A stretch of 64,000 nucleotides of DNA, from positions 296,608,001-296,672,000 of the forward strand of contig CM097883.1 in assembly GCA_044892505.1 (NCBI GenBank), written 5' to 3'. The number at the start of each line of letters is the position of its first letter. The stretch's first letter is position 1. The notes below the pieces were generated by a model. That model did no database searches and was not told where the DNA came from. It worked only from the letters and a program-made list of their open reading frames with translations. Below are positions 47,986 through 61,470 of the stretch, one piece after another. This DNA is from Schmidtea nova. Its lineage: Eukaryota. The position numbers and the translations under genes were made by a program.

Positions 47986-48653
47986 TCAATTTTAAATATT
48001 CATTTTAAATCAATAAAATAAAATCATTTTGATCTAAGAACATTTATCAATTTTTCACAACCAACACAAAATTATTTCCCTTCACACATTCACTAATGTT
48101 TATAATGTTTGCCCTCAAATATACCATCGCCAACTCAGTTCGGTGATCGAAGAATCTTTGATCTATCACAAAATTTCGGGGTAATAAATTTTATTTATTT
48201 AGACCAAGCTATTATTATTTTCTGAATGTTTTTGATTTTTATATTTTTGTGTTGATAAATTTAACTAAAACTTCGCTTATCTCTTATACCTAGTGTCTAT
48301 CTTGCTTATTATAAATCTTTAGCATTTTATTAAAATTTATCATTTTGACTTTTCAAAATTTTGCCGAGGCCTTAGCAACGGTAATAATATACATTCTATA
48401 ATTTGCATTAAATTTTATTATACTGCTAATTCTCTTATTTATAATTTTTAATTTTTATTTCCAATTGCAAATTAAAATTTTAATTAGGAAATCCAATTTC
48501 AACCACAATTCCCTCAAAACCCTCGGCGTTCCCCCGATTTAAGGAAATTCTATATAGAGGGGTAAGCAAAATTCCTGGATTTCTATTGGTAATTTTTAAC
48601 AACAATTTTAATTCTATAATATAACTATTGATTTTAGGTAGTTATTTTTAGTA

Positions 48654-49002
48654 ATGAGATTCCCCTCAATTTTGATTCTCAAACTGGTGAGTTACATTTA
48701 AATTATTATTTATATAATTACAGTTTTCTCCTTTTAGTGGTTCAGATTTCCAAGGGAGAGTCATCATTATTTCAATCGTCGCTCCAATCTTCAATACATC
48801 AATTTTCCACCGGAGTTTTCAACTAAAGTAAATTTAACATCTTGTAGTTTAATGTAACGATTTTGACTTTTAGCTAAGGAAATTATTGGGAAGATCATGC
48901 AAGAAGATTTTTCGGGTTTTCGTTCTGGGATTTTTTGAATTCTATGAAAGTTTCGCTTTGGATTTTAACATGCCCTTCTTCGTTATTCTTTGGCACGGTT
49001 AG
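48654..49002 (+). CDS. Possible small spliced gene (exons 48654-48686, 48738-48827, 48874-49002)
   Basis: Introns of 51 nt (gtgagt..tttag) and 46 nt (gtaaat..tttag), phase 0, give an open ~83-aa frame. No family recognised. Confidence 0.3.
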
Positions 49003-52000
49003 CTATGTGATTAATGTTACTGTAATCTTTTCTGTTGTATAAATTTGTAAATAAAATTTTCTTTAATGTCTTTGATTTTTAGTTTATCCTTATTAGTAAT
49101 GTTCTATGCTTTTATTGTGAATCGATTGGAATGTCTTTATTGGTACGACACCAAAACATTTTTTAAATTAACAAAGCTTGTTATTAGGGATGGATATAAA
49201 TCGTTAGCAAGTTAATGAATAAATATGACAGAGATTTCATATGCCGTCGACTTACAATGTGAGTTCTTGGCTTACAGATATTTCGGGGTTTTATTTGGGA
49301 CTAAATAAAGTTCCAGTTCGCGAATTTCCTTTTTCTTTTAATATAATTTCTAAAAAAAAATATATATATATTAGTCGTGTACGGTTCAGTATTCCACCGT
49401 TTTTTAGCATATTTATGATTTTTTGGCAGTTCGAATTATGCTTTAAGTACTAGGTAGCGTTGATGGTCGATTTTCCGAATGTTGATGGTTAGTTGAAATA
49501 ATTTGTTCGGGAGGGGATGTAGCGTTCGTAAGTTTGCCTGTATGTATATGTTATTGTAAGTCTGAAATACATATCGTATTGTTATAAATTTTTGTGATTT
49601 GCGTGTGTTTGTATGTTGGGAATGATACGGTGGTAATATGCTATAAACAATGTATGGGTCATATGAATATTTGTGAGGTTCGTCTGGATGTATGTCGCTA
49701 GTGGATATTGTGAGATGAAATCATGTCGTGTATGTTGGTGAGTGAATGTATTGTTTATGTATTGTCCAATATAGCAGATCCTATTGATCGAAATGTGGTA
49801 GTGTGTGTGTGTGTGTTGGCAACTGAATGTATTTTGTATTGTATTGAGTATGGGTGTTACTATTGAATGAAATGGATGTAAATTTTTGCAAATAGGAATA
49901 CAATATGATTTTGAGATATCGTGGGGGTTTTTAATAAAAATAATATATAATATACGTAAAATATTTTCCAAATTAAAATAATACTAATAATTTTATAATG
50001 ATTTTTATAATTTTTTTTTTTTAATTTATAATTTTATGAAAATAGTAAGATTCCTAAATTTTTAATACTTTATATTTTGAAATATGCATTTTGAATTAGA
50101 ATTTTCATATTTTAATATATATATTAATCGTAAAGATTTTCGGTAAAATCTCGAACTCAAGATGATAAAAATTTTCAATATAATAATACTATTCTTGATT
50201 TACAATTTTTATGGGTTTCAATACAAGTTTTGATTTTTAAATTCTTACGAATTTTATAAAATGACAAAATCTTTTATATCATTACAATATTAGGAAAATT
50301 TTTGGTTTACAATTTTTCATTATAAAAAAATATTTTTTCAATATAATAAAAAGTAAATTTTTATATTTTGATCAAGACGAAATCCACATAATAATAAATT
50401 TTTATCCATCAATTTAGAAATCCAAATAAGCATTAAATCTAAAAAGGTTTTATATGCTAAATAAAAATAAAAATAAAATAAGTTATAAATTTTTCAACGA
50501 ATATTTTTAATATCAAGTAAAGTAAATTTCGGTTTCGTCCGAGCATGAATTTCCCAGTCAAAGTGCGCGCGAATTTTTCGGGGCACTTCACTTAGGAACT
50601 TCAGGCTCCCGAAAACAAGATTCACCAGAGAAAATTTATTTATATAATGAGCGAGTTTTAATTCGGATCAATCAATACTTGTCCTAAATTCATTTCATTT
50701 CATGATCATTATATCAGTTTTGAGCACTATTTCATATGATTCTTTTCCAACATTAGCTTCCATTTACTTGCGTTTCGGATAAGATGATAGTTGTTGCGAG
50801 AGTGAAGGCGACGACGAGTAAAATGTTCTGGCACAATTATTTTCCTAATGGAAAAGACGTTGCTGGAGAGATTGGTTTTTACGTTTTCATGTGGTATTAA
50901 TTTTCAATATATCAAAAATTATAAATTCGGATAAACTACATTTATTATAAATTAAATATCATTAATATAACACCTTGCCTTTGGCCAAGCCACTGTTCCC
51001 CAGTTGGGATGAAGTGATCATGGATGGTTAGGCTATTCACCTGGACTCGGAAATATGGACTGATCGATTTACGTATCGAACCAGCGATCCGCTCAGGCTA
51101 CTTCCACCCGATCGGCACAAGGCCAGACACAGGCTTCAGGGGGTACGGAAGTAAAAAAAAAATTTTTATTTATTTACTTTTATCATTTTTTATAATAAAT
51201 AATTTTGGTGAATTCAACTCTGAGATTTGTGACAATAATCAAAAAAAAATTTAAAAAAAAAAAAATAAAATAAACAGTAAAAATTTTAATACTCATTTAA
51301 TATTCATGAAATAATATAGCAATAATAATATAATATACCAAAAAATATAAAAATATTACCGGTACGGGGTAATCGGACAGGCATGGTGTTCGATGACCCC
51401 GCACCAACAAAAGAATGAGACTTACGAATAAAATTTTTTTCTTATTAAAATTTAGAAATCTTCTTGCATAAAATTCTCACAAATTCTGATAAATTCCATT
51501 TTGATGGCGGTATATATACCATCGATTTTACGTTACCTTCAGTAGTGTAATAAAACAAATTGTTCTAGAATTTTCCTTTTAATTTTTCTAAATTAATTCT
51601 AATGATTTTCCGAAAATTAAATCCATATTTTTGTGTAATAGTTTTTTATAAAACACAAATAATTTATTTTAATTCAAAATATTTATTTTTGAATCGAAAT
51701 TTGTTCGATTTGATTTAATTTACGATATTTCGATCAATATTAGTTCTTTTTATTGTTAATGTGAAATATTTTGATAAAATCACAATTTTCGGCTAAAATT
51801 CTGTTAATTTTTTCTGCATGAAGGTTTTATAACACAATTCCGTTTTTTATGGGTATTTTCAATGGGTTTTCCGCCTTTTCTAACTTCTAAACGTTCTTCT
51901 TTTGATGGCATTTGATTTTTCTCGAGGTTTCAATGTAAGAGCTTTCAGACTCACAGCTAGCGCGTTCTCTACTGGTTGATGTGTTGTGAGTTCACTTAAC

Positions 52001-54527
52001 CTTTTGTTGTTTTTCACTTAATCGTTTCGATTTTTAAGGGATATTTGGGTTAAAACTGAATCTTGCGCGCTCTCTACCTATGGGGTTATCGCTTTATTAA
52101 AACAGTTTGTGGTTTTTGCCCAACAGAAGGATTGATTGATTAATCTTGAATGGTTAGGTTCTCAGATTATATCACAGTATATATCCCAATTATATATTGT
52201 GCAAAATGTAGAAATATAGTATATGTATTGTATACTTTTATCAAATAGACTATTTCTTCAGTTATAGTTATTTATTCATAATGCATTGAAACCACGCTTT
52301 CAACTCAAAAGTTATTCCGGATCCTTCTATAGTCGAAGACTTTTTCAATTGAATATGATCATGATGAATTTATTGAGATAATTGAATTGTATTTTTCAAT
52401 AATTCAATCGATCAATAATCAGCGATAGATGATTGTTCGAGCTTATCTAGATGAAAATAGCCGCAACAAGTATAAAAAATTAGAAACGAAGAAGATTATG
52501 CAAAACGTCTGAGATCCCTTTTTGAAGAGAATCAAAATTTCGAATTATTTTGTTAACTAACAGAAATACAGAAGATAATATCGAAAAATATATAAATAAA
52601 ATAGTAAAAGTAGTACAGAAAATTTTAAAGCACAAACTAACATTGTCAAAGTTGACATAATATTTTTCAAAAATTATCTTGACAAATAAGAAGAAAAACG
52701 TGAAATATAGCTTTATGAAATTACAAAAGATTTACGGAAAAGGAAAGTAATCGAAAAAAGAATCAAAGAAAGACAGAGAATCAGAGCAGACCGATCTAAT
52801 GGCAAACCAAAACATCAAAAGGATATTGCAAAGAATGAATGAAGACATGTAAAAAACAAGTGGCAGTCGTTGGCAATAATTATAATGCGTCAATCGTCAA
52901 AAATGAACGATTCCACAACAATAGAAAAAGGGATAATTGTGAAAATAATAACGATATTAAACTTGAAATTCAAAACCCAGAAACTACTAATTTCAACAAA
53001 AAGAGATCAGAATTCCAGTACAAATACAATGGAAAACAAAAATCAAACACAATTAGCAAAAGAAATTAAGGAAAATAATCAAATGTTCAATGTTTGGCAC
53101 AACGTTAAGTTGACCGCATTTGCCGTAAATGATCCAATATCCAATGTTCATATTGTGGCAAGTATGGTTTTTCAAGTTTCATGTGTTTTCAGAAGCAGAA
53201 TTAATGTACAATATTCGAAATAAATTCCAAATGGTACAGTGAGAATCTCAACCGATACCGCAGTAACTCCAATCGACAAAATTGTCAAGCCGGAAGAGAT
53301 CGAGTTACTGTAGTATATGACGAGTCGAACAACTATGATGAATATTTTGAGATTATTGGAAATGCTAAAGCTCCAAGCAGAGAGGATAGGTAAGAAGAAC
53401 AAGTAAATAATAACAAAATTTTGAGAACCATAATTCTTGATTGTAATGAATGTTTGATAATTATAATGTAAATATTTATTTTTTCACAATCACAAATTTT
53501 ATAATAATTTTAATGAAAATGAAAATAACATATAAACATTCATTAATAAGTAATTGTGATAGATAATTTTCTATAAATGTTTTTAATAATAATCTAAGTT
53601 TATTGAATGTGAGTGTTATAAAAATGTGTAAATGATATAGATTTTGTAATGTTGGTGGTAGCTAGTTATAATATTAAATTAAAAAATGAAACTTTAGTTG
53701 TTTTATACAAGAAAGAGCAAAAATAAATTTCATTTCAAAATTTATTGCTGATAAATAGAATTTTTTATATTCGAATATATACCAAATTCCCAAATAAATT
53801 ACTGTTGCCGAGGAATTATTAAAGAAAATTAATTTTAATTTTAAACGTAGAATAAATTATTAAAACAAAATCGATTTAGAATAATTATTATTTTAAAAAT
53901 TAATTTTTTACATAGAAAAACTAATCGATTTTAAGTACTTGGTGTTAATGCTGTATATTTTTATCATTATTATTATCTTTATTGTTAAATTAATTAGTAA
54001 ATAAGTAACAAAATAACCTTTTGCTGCAAAAATAATTTTATTAGGTGAGAAAATTTTCGATTATAAAATAATCCTCGTCAATCTCTAATTCGGCAAATAA
54101 CTGGTATCTTCATTCATTCTGTTGTTTCTTTTTTCTTGATTTCTCTTACTTTTCATTGGATGTTAATCTGATTCATTTAAATTTTTTAAATTCTTAATTG
54201 TTTTTATATGTTTTTTGTTAAAATTTTAAAAATATAAAATAAAAACTAAAAATTTTTAAAAAATTTTTCTAAAATTCTTTTCGAATAAATAAATTTATCG
54301 ATTTTTAAAAATTGAAATTTTTTTTTTAAACTTTTCATTGTCTGTATTCTACATTTTAAATTTTCCAACCATTTATATTTGAATGTTATATTTTTTTGTT
54401 TTAAAATTTAATTATATCTTTTTGAAATGCCCATAAATTCTCTGTACTATCACTTTTCTTTCTTCCTTTTTTTATATTATATCTTCTTTTTACTTTTATA
54501 CTGTTGTCTTTGTAGAATCACATTTTT

Positions 54528-55260
54528 TTAACAAGATAACAAGTGGGCGATTTCGCATACTTCCTCTTTAGAGTTAATTTTTGGGTGTTTGTCTCTAATG
54601 AGAATAGCTTCTTTAAGTCTAAGATTTTTTTCGTCGTTTTCATTTGTTAATATTCTCACTGATATTAATTTTTCCTTATTTTCTGTCTGACATTGGTGAA
54701 GATATCTATATACAGATGAATTTCCACCAGGATCAAGATGTTCTTTAATTCTCTGATGCAAAGTCCGAAGGGTGCTTCCGATGTAAATTTCTTCGCATTT
54801 ATTACACATGATGCTATAGACGATGTTCTTGCGAAAGCATATTTTCTATGGTGTTTGGCAATTTTCCATCCTACATGTATTTTCCTTTCTCGTGTTGTTA
54901 GCTAGAGCTTGCCTTAATGTCTTAGATCTATGTGCCAAACGAATCGGAAGGCCAGTGAGATTAAGTTCTTTGACGATCATGAAATTTATTCGGTCACTGA
55001 TGAAAGGAATTCGAAGGTAGAAATATTTCTTTTCTTTTTGTAGGTCTTTCTGCCTTCTCTGGTTGAATTTTATTTTGTTGATCTCGTTAATATTATGGTA
55101 TCCGTTACGATGCAGAACTTCTGTAAATATTCTTTGTTGTACTGAATTGTCCTCTTCCTTTGTGCATCGATTAGCTATCCTTTGTCTCTCATTTCTAATG
55201 ACGTTTACCTTCTGCAGACGAGGAAGTTGTTGGATCACAGCGGATAAGACGAACTGTAAA
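54528..55260 (-). mobile_element. 5'-truncated Penelope-like retroelement (RT C-terminus plus GIY-YIG endonuclease)
   Basis: RIANRCT...VLHRNGYH...YFYLRIPFIS (54846-55238), then VYSIMCNKCEEIYIGSTLRTLHQRIKEH...LRLKEAILIR...PKIN (GIY-YIG), with frameshifts. Confidence 0.85.
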
Positions 55261-55280
55261 TGTTAATGACGGTATAGTAT

Positions 55281-55377
55281 TTTCTTTAATAATTGTTTGT
55301 ATTCAGTAATTTTCTTTAATAATTATTTGTATTCAGTAATTTTCTTTAATAATTATTTGTATTCAGTAATTTTCTTT
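55281..55377. repeat. 30-bp tandem repeat x3
   Basis: Unit tttctttaataattatttgtattcagtaat. Confidence 0.9.
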
Positions 55378-55792
55378 ATCGCTTTCGGTTTTTATTTCAT
55401 TTCAATTGCGATGGATTTTTTATTGTAGCTTCTGGTTTTCTTTATTCTTATTTCGTTCGGTCTTTTGATTCCTTGCCAATTTCAGTTATCACTACTTTTT
55501 TTTAGCGGTTTGGATTAGTTCTCTTATTCGTTAATCATATATTCTTCCGATTTTTTAAATTCAACTTCTGTTCATTTTATTCCTTCGTAATTATTTTAAA
55601 TTCTACTTAGTAATTTTTTTAATCAATTTTCTAATAGTCAAATTCCTATAGTAATTTATATTACTATAGGAATAGATTTTTTTTGATTTTTAAATTTTAT
55701 TATTTTCATAATTATTTTTACAAAATAAATAAAAAGGGGGGTTATCCGGTGTCCGCAATCATCTAAGCGGTAACAAATATAATAATAAGGAC

Positions 55793-55838
<46 letters not shown>

Positions 55839-55842
55839 TACA

Positions 55843-57030
55843 ACATTAACAGAAGGTATTACTCTTCTTAATGAAAAAATAACATTAATTAACGATAAGG
55901 GGAGTAATTGGGTTTCATTTATAGTATTTTCGCAATTTTGAAATACGATGAGATTGCGAATAATAGAAATAGGGTCAATAATTATTATGTTGCTGATCTT
56001 GACTTTGACCCTTCTGAAATGTCCATGAGACTTTGCAATATTCCAAAATTTAAGTTATAAAACCACAGACTTCCTATTAACATGAAGATACTCTTCTTAA
56101 TACATTGACAAATTCTGAGGTTTTCAAACACCCCTGTGCTGATATCATAAATTCAAGCTTTTTGTTTTTTTGGTTGTTAAAATAACTAGGATTCATTGGA
56201 AGGTTCAATATAAACAGAAACGGAATTTTAAAAAATACATATACACTAATACCCAGCTTATGGCAGTTTCTTCTACGGCTTTAGATAAAAATTACTAAAA
56301 ACTCTTAAATAATACTCTATGGAAATACTGTTGAAAATCTTAAGAATTTGCTTAAGTTAAGGTCATGTAATTCAGCATCAAAACTGATTACATATTAATC
56401 AAAAACAACTTTTCAGAAAACTTAGAAAAATTCACGATGACTTGATATTTGTTCTGCTTAATAAAGACTCTGTATGTTTAGATAGATTAAGCTAAATTGT
56501 ACTACAACCGTACTGGATCTATTTAAACTTGAAATGTATCAACTCCAGTATGAAGAATTACAAAAATATCCTTATGAATTCAACTGTGAGATTAATATTG
56601 TTGCTGATAATACTTTCTTTTTGGTTAAGAATTTTAAGTTGGAAACTCTTTTGTCGCCTATTGTTAAAAAACGACTTTTGGATACCTCGAAAAATGACGC
56701 AATCCATCCCTTGTATTCTAGGAACCTTGATTCTGTCATTGTTAAATTCAAATATGAGAATGAAGGACTTAAATACAAGGAGTGAGTCTTTTTAAAACTA
56801 AAGTTCTATAGTTTGTTAGGTGAAAAAATAAAATAATAAAGGAAAAGGTATAACATTGAAGGGAAATGACTGCAAATACCAGTCAAACATAGATTATTAT
56901 AACAATAATTCAAAACTTTGTATAGATCAGTCTTGAATAGTAATTAAAAACCACCAACATTTTACACACAAAATTTCTAATATATCATTGACCAACTTGA
57001 ACGAAATGACTATTATAAGGGTATTGATGG
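55843..57030 (+). pseudogene. polB: Decayed, internally deleted paralog of the pPolB
   Basis: TEGITLLNEK..GSNW, DLDFDPSEMSMRLCNIPKF and KHPCADII are followed directly by KKYIYTNTQL...KLLNN.LYGNTVENLK and MYQLQYEELQKY.EFNCEINIVA...HPLYSRNLDSVI.KFKYENEGLKYKE. Many stops and frameshifts. Confidence 0.85.
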
Positions 57031-57619
57031 GATTATTGGAGTCCGTGATGATGCTGATGATGAAGTTGATGAAGAACACTAGGTTACCGAAGAATTTGCA
57101 GATGATTTTTTTCAAAATAAAGCTTTTATGTATTTTTTATGAATTTTGTCGGAGGAGAGTGATTTGTAATGCCTCTAGATTTTTATGTCTTTTTATTTGT
57201 TTTTCAATTCTTAATAGGTTAGCGTTAAAAACTTTTAATTTCGAGTCATTTTCAATTTTTGGAAATTGTGAGATTGGACTCTTTTTACGTGTAAATTTTT
57301 TCGCGGAGAACTGAACTTTAAAATTCTCCATGTTTTGTAAATTTATTGAAATAATTAGTAAATTATCGTAAAAACATAATTAATTTCAAAGTTTTTGAAA
57401 AAAATAAAATAAGATAAATTTTAAAAATTTCAGTGTCGTCATCGATCACGCAATGAAACATATAACATAGTGGACGGTGTAAGTGGTTATGCAATTATAA
57501 AGTATTTCGTAATTATAACGCATTACATATTTTAACCCCCCCCATCAATATCTGAGGAGTTTACTGAATAGTTATTATGTCAATTATACAGTTTAGGAAA
57601 AAATCGCTTGTGCCAGAGT

Positions 57620-57935
57620 GCTCACTTTCCCATACTACTTCTTTGACTGTTTTGCCTTGATCATAAATTTTTATTGTTTTGTACTTGTTTTCCACTGTAA
57701 ATTCAGAAGATAGCTTGGAAAAGTTGCAATATTTTTCAAATTCTTTTTGCGAGACTCATGAATATAAAGTATCTAAATTATAATCGTAAATAGACGACAT
57801 TTCTTCAAATTACTTTTTATTTCCATGCATTTTTATGGCGTTGAACATTTCTGTGTTTGTATATTTCGCTCTAGGCAAATATCATCAGTGAGATTTGCAA
57901 GATAATCTTTATCTTTAACCCTATTACAAACAAAC
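57620..57935 (-). pseudogene. Decayed paralog of the six-HTH gene (repeats 1-3)
   Basis: The minus strand reads WVKDKDYLANLTDDI.PRAKYTNTEMFNAIKMHGNKK*FEEMSSIY...DQGKTVKEV, matching WIKNKNYLTKLTDNPLPKSRYTNREKLNIVTMHENGK...DQGKTVKEI. Confidence 0.65.
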
Positions 57936-58547
57936 CCAATTACAAATTGCAAATACACCCTTGATAAAGGCTGTGTCGAAATATCGTTTATCAAATAAAA
58001 AAAATTTTAGATGTATAGTTTTACAAAAATTAATATGACAATTACTGAACTAAAAAATAGAGATCAGATATGAATCCAAATGATAATTATGATTAAAAAT
58101 GTTATTTAAATTTTAAAAATTATTTTAATAGATAAAACTGTAAATTTTTCTTAATCTTCCAAAGATTAGTATTTCATTGATCTAGCCAGTAGCATTTGTT
58201 AATACGTTCTATTATTTTCAAAAAAAATTTAGATGTTTATTTTTTTAGTTTAAAAATTTTAAATTTATTAAACAAGAATATTAATTTCATTTTTTTAAAA
58301 GTTTTTCATTAGTTTGTATTGGTTAATTAATTGAAATAATAATAGCTTGATTTTTAAAAAAAATATATTTAATATAAATGATTAAAAATTTTATTTAAAT
58401 TTTAAAAATCATTTTAAAAATAAAACCATTAAACTTTTCTTAATCTTCCAAAGTTTAACATTTCAGTTTTATTACTTTCAAAAAAAATTTAGATGTTTAT
58501 CTTATTGTTAGTTTAAAGATTTCAAAATTATTAAATAAATATATTAA

Positions 58548-58778
58548 CCCGTTATAGCCCAGCGTCCTATTTATAAGACGCCAGGATTTTATTTTTTTAA
58601 GCAATTAAATAATGTTCAAATTCAATATAAAAAATATTATTTTGTCCTTTAGTCTACACTGAACTAAGGATGATTTTTTTTATCTCAGTTCTTAAAATAG
58701 ATTTTGAGAAAAAAATTATTTTATTAAAATTATTATTAAAATTATTATTAATTAAATTTTTAATTGGGCGTTAACGGG
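58548..58778. mobile_element. piggyBac-type MITE, 231 bp
   Basis: TTAA|CCCGTTAtagccca...tgggcgtTAACGGG|TTAA. Confidence 0.75.
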
Positions 58779-58879
58779 TTAATATTATATTTGTATTTAA
58801 CGGAATTTTTATCAAATTGAATTTTATAAGAATAATTATCATTAAAATATTTTATGATTTGGTAGTTTCTGTAGATTTA

Positions 58880-59030
58880 TTTGTAATTAAAATTCACAAA
58901 GAAGGAAGATCATTAAAAGTGATTGGATCTATTCATAATGTAAATGAAGCAGCTGGTCATAAATGGATTAGAAATAAAAAAATAGTTCATAAATCTTATA
59001 GATAATATTTTGCCTAGTTCCAAATATAGA
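58880..59030 (+). pseudogene. Decayed paralog of the six-HTH gene (repeat 1)
   Basis: IKIHKEGRSLKVIGSIHNVNEAAGHKWIRNK versus INMFEEGRSLKEIATIHNVTSQSVHLWIKNK. Confidence 0.65.
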
Positions 59031-59107
59031 AGCATAGAGAAGTTAAACGCCGTTAAAATGCAAGAAGAACTTATGTCAAATGTCGATAATAATTTAAATA
59101 ATTTTTT

Positions 59108-59967
59108 TGGGGTTTAATGAAATTAGTCGAATAGAAAAATAGAAAGCATAAAAACTTTGTAAAAATCAATAAAAATATATAATTTTAAAAGCAATAATTA
59201 GATCATGGAAATTAATTAAAAAGTTAGAAAATTTAAAATTGAAGATTCTGCGAGGGAAGTTGGTAACGGTGTATGCTAAACTGTGAGCTGAATCCAAAAA
59301 TGGTAAAATAAAATCAATGGGGGCTCCCCGAAAGAAAATAATAAAAAAATATTTAATTAATTAATTAATTGGCTGATGGGAAACCCGAGCTAATGGGGAA
59401 CCGAGTAGGGGGGATACCCTACGAGTTAATCAGCCCTGAGAAAATTGAGGACAAAAGAAAATCCGAGAAGCATAATTAACGAAGGTGTAATCAATTACTT
59501 ATTTTAATTAAAGTAATTAGGAAATGACAAGTATGAGACCCACCAGACAACCTGCTAAGAAAAACCCATTAAAATTAGCAGTATATAAACGATAACAAAA
59601 TTCCAGAAATTGCCAGAGTGGTCGAACAAAAATAGGTGAGCAAAATTATTTGAAAGAAGAGTCAACGAATGAAAAAGGAAAAGTTAAGCGAGGGAATCAA
59701 GGGAAAGTTAAAGTTAAATTTATTATTCACGTCGGACCAGAAGGGGAGAACTACCATTGGGAGACGTATGTCCACGCTTAATCGAAAACAGTTCAAAAGT
59801 GATTGTGAATTTTTACAGAGACTTGTTGTTGTCAGAAATTATATCGAAGAATTGTATTAACTATAATTTCAAAAAAATATTTTTGTGTTGGGTTATTTCG
59901 TGAATCAATCTTAAGAACACTAAGGAATCAGATAAATGATACTGACTTAATTAATAAATACTAAACA
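59108..59967 (+). mobile_element. Solo-LTR-like copy of the 16064-16984 family
   Basis: Colinear similarity includes tgggaaacccgagctaatggg and the 3' block ttgtgttgggtt..ttttcgtga..agaacac..gga(a/g)tcaga, ending in aaca. Confidence 0.5.
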
Positions 59968-61307
59968 CTTTATATTTGTAGGTCGTTCATAAAAATTATT
60001 TTGAAAAAATTACAAATTTTCAAAGCTGCCTTCTAAATTTACAGTGGATGCCGAATGTAAAAACAATTAAAATGGACAATCGAGGCAAAACAGTTCTCGA
60101 AGTCGCAACATTTCATAACTGTAAAACATCAAGTGTACAATATATTCTCTTAGAAATGAAGAAACTTTGAAAATGTTATCTAATTTGTTGGGTTCTGGGG
60201 TTGTTGGTGAAATGGTAAAAGTTAACAATCAAATATCTGACTCCAAGACGTGTTTTAATTGACCCCAATAACATTTTCAACAACACAAACTATATTGATT
60301 ATTACACTGATTTACACGATTCAATTTTCACGACCAATTCAATAAACTCTTTCGACAATTATACGAGCTTATTACGACACTTCGTGAAGAATAGCTCACT
60401 TGTATATTGCCTAGAAAACAACAACTACTAACCACTGATTTGAATTAATACTGGTACTTGGTTTCGATTGTTTCCGCGCTTTGACTTTATTCTTTGTTAA
60501 CCGCTCCGACTCTTTATTCAATCAAAATGTTTTGTTCTGTTCAATTAGATTATTTCACTCTCGGTTTTCAACACACAATTTAATCTTCTATCGCTTTCCA
60601 ATTCTACGCACTCGCCTTGAATCAATTACACTCGAATTCACTAGTTTCTTTGTCAAATTCACTTCTTCAATTTTATTTCTCCGATTCTCCGATTTGCTTC
60701 TTCGAATTTACTTCTATTTTCTTTCTCTAATTTTACTTCTGATTCAGTTCCGATTGCTTTCGCCTTTTATAGTTTGTCATCGTTCGTCACTCATGGCATT
60801 TCGCCTTTGCTATTCCCATAGTTGGCATTTTCCAATTTTCTCCCGCAACTCCCATGTTAAGCCGGACAGTTCGGCACTCGTGACCACTTGCTTTTTCCAT
60901 TTCTGCTTCTGGCAGTTCCCATGCTTCTTTAGAACTCCCATGCTGCCTTTAGCAACTCGGTTACTTTGTATTTTCTTTTTGCCGCTCCGGCCTGTTTTCT
61001 TTTCGTTTTTATTATCTCTGACAAGCTGTCAAGATAGATTCGTCGTTGTTATTTTTTGTTATTTCCAATTTGAAATTCCTTTTTCCTATGTACTAATTAA
61101 TTAGTACTGACCTTTGTTTTTCTTTTCCTGTCTGATTTCTTTTGTCTGATTCCTCCTTCTCATTTCTTTTTATTTCCGTTTTCTTTTCTGAGTTCCCATT
61201 AGCCATCTCATTCGTCATGACGATTTTCCCCCAGGTAATTTTATTTATTTATTAGTAAATTGTAATTTAGGTATCCTCAACAAATTTGTCATTGGTAGTA
61301 TCACATA

Positions 61308-61470
61308 AAAGGAGCAAACCATAGAAATGCATCAAAATAATGTTCCAGTTTTGGAAATCGCAAATAAATCAGGTGAGTGTTAAACTTTTCTTAACTGGAT
61401 TGCAAGTAAAAAAAAATTTTAAACGGATCGAACCCTCAGCAAATTAAAAACTATTGAAAAAAAAGTTAAC
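61308..61470 (+). pseudogene. Decayed paralog of the six-HTH gene (repeat 4 onward)
   Basis: KEQTIEMHQNNVPVLEIANKSGEC*TFLNW versus KEQAIEMYQNKVPISEIEKKFNVIKSRVYKW. Confidence 0.55.

Noticed and set aside
50525-50560. GGACGAAAC on the minus strand suggesting a hammerhead ribozyme; also CTGATGA at ~54977 in the Penelope fragment
   Set aside because: No matching CUGANGA core with closing stems in either case.
52300-53420. Coding-like K/E/N-rich stretch with ORFs 52839-53223
   Set aside because: Multiple stops and no motif; probably a decayed TE that cannot be named.
55736-57542. ggggggtta...taaccccccc as TIRs of the decayed polB element
   Set aside because: Only ~9 bp of low-complexity match, with no TSD and no similarity to the AGTAGG termini.
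58078-58540. ~300-bp degenerate direct duplication (atgattaaaaat.ttatttaaattttaaaaat...)
   Set aside because: AT-rich local duplication with no coding or terminal features.
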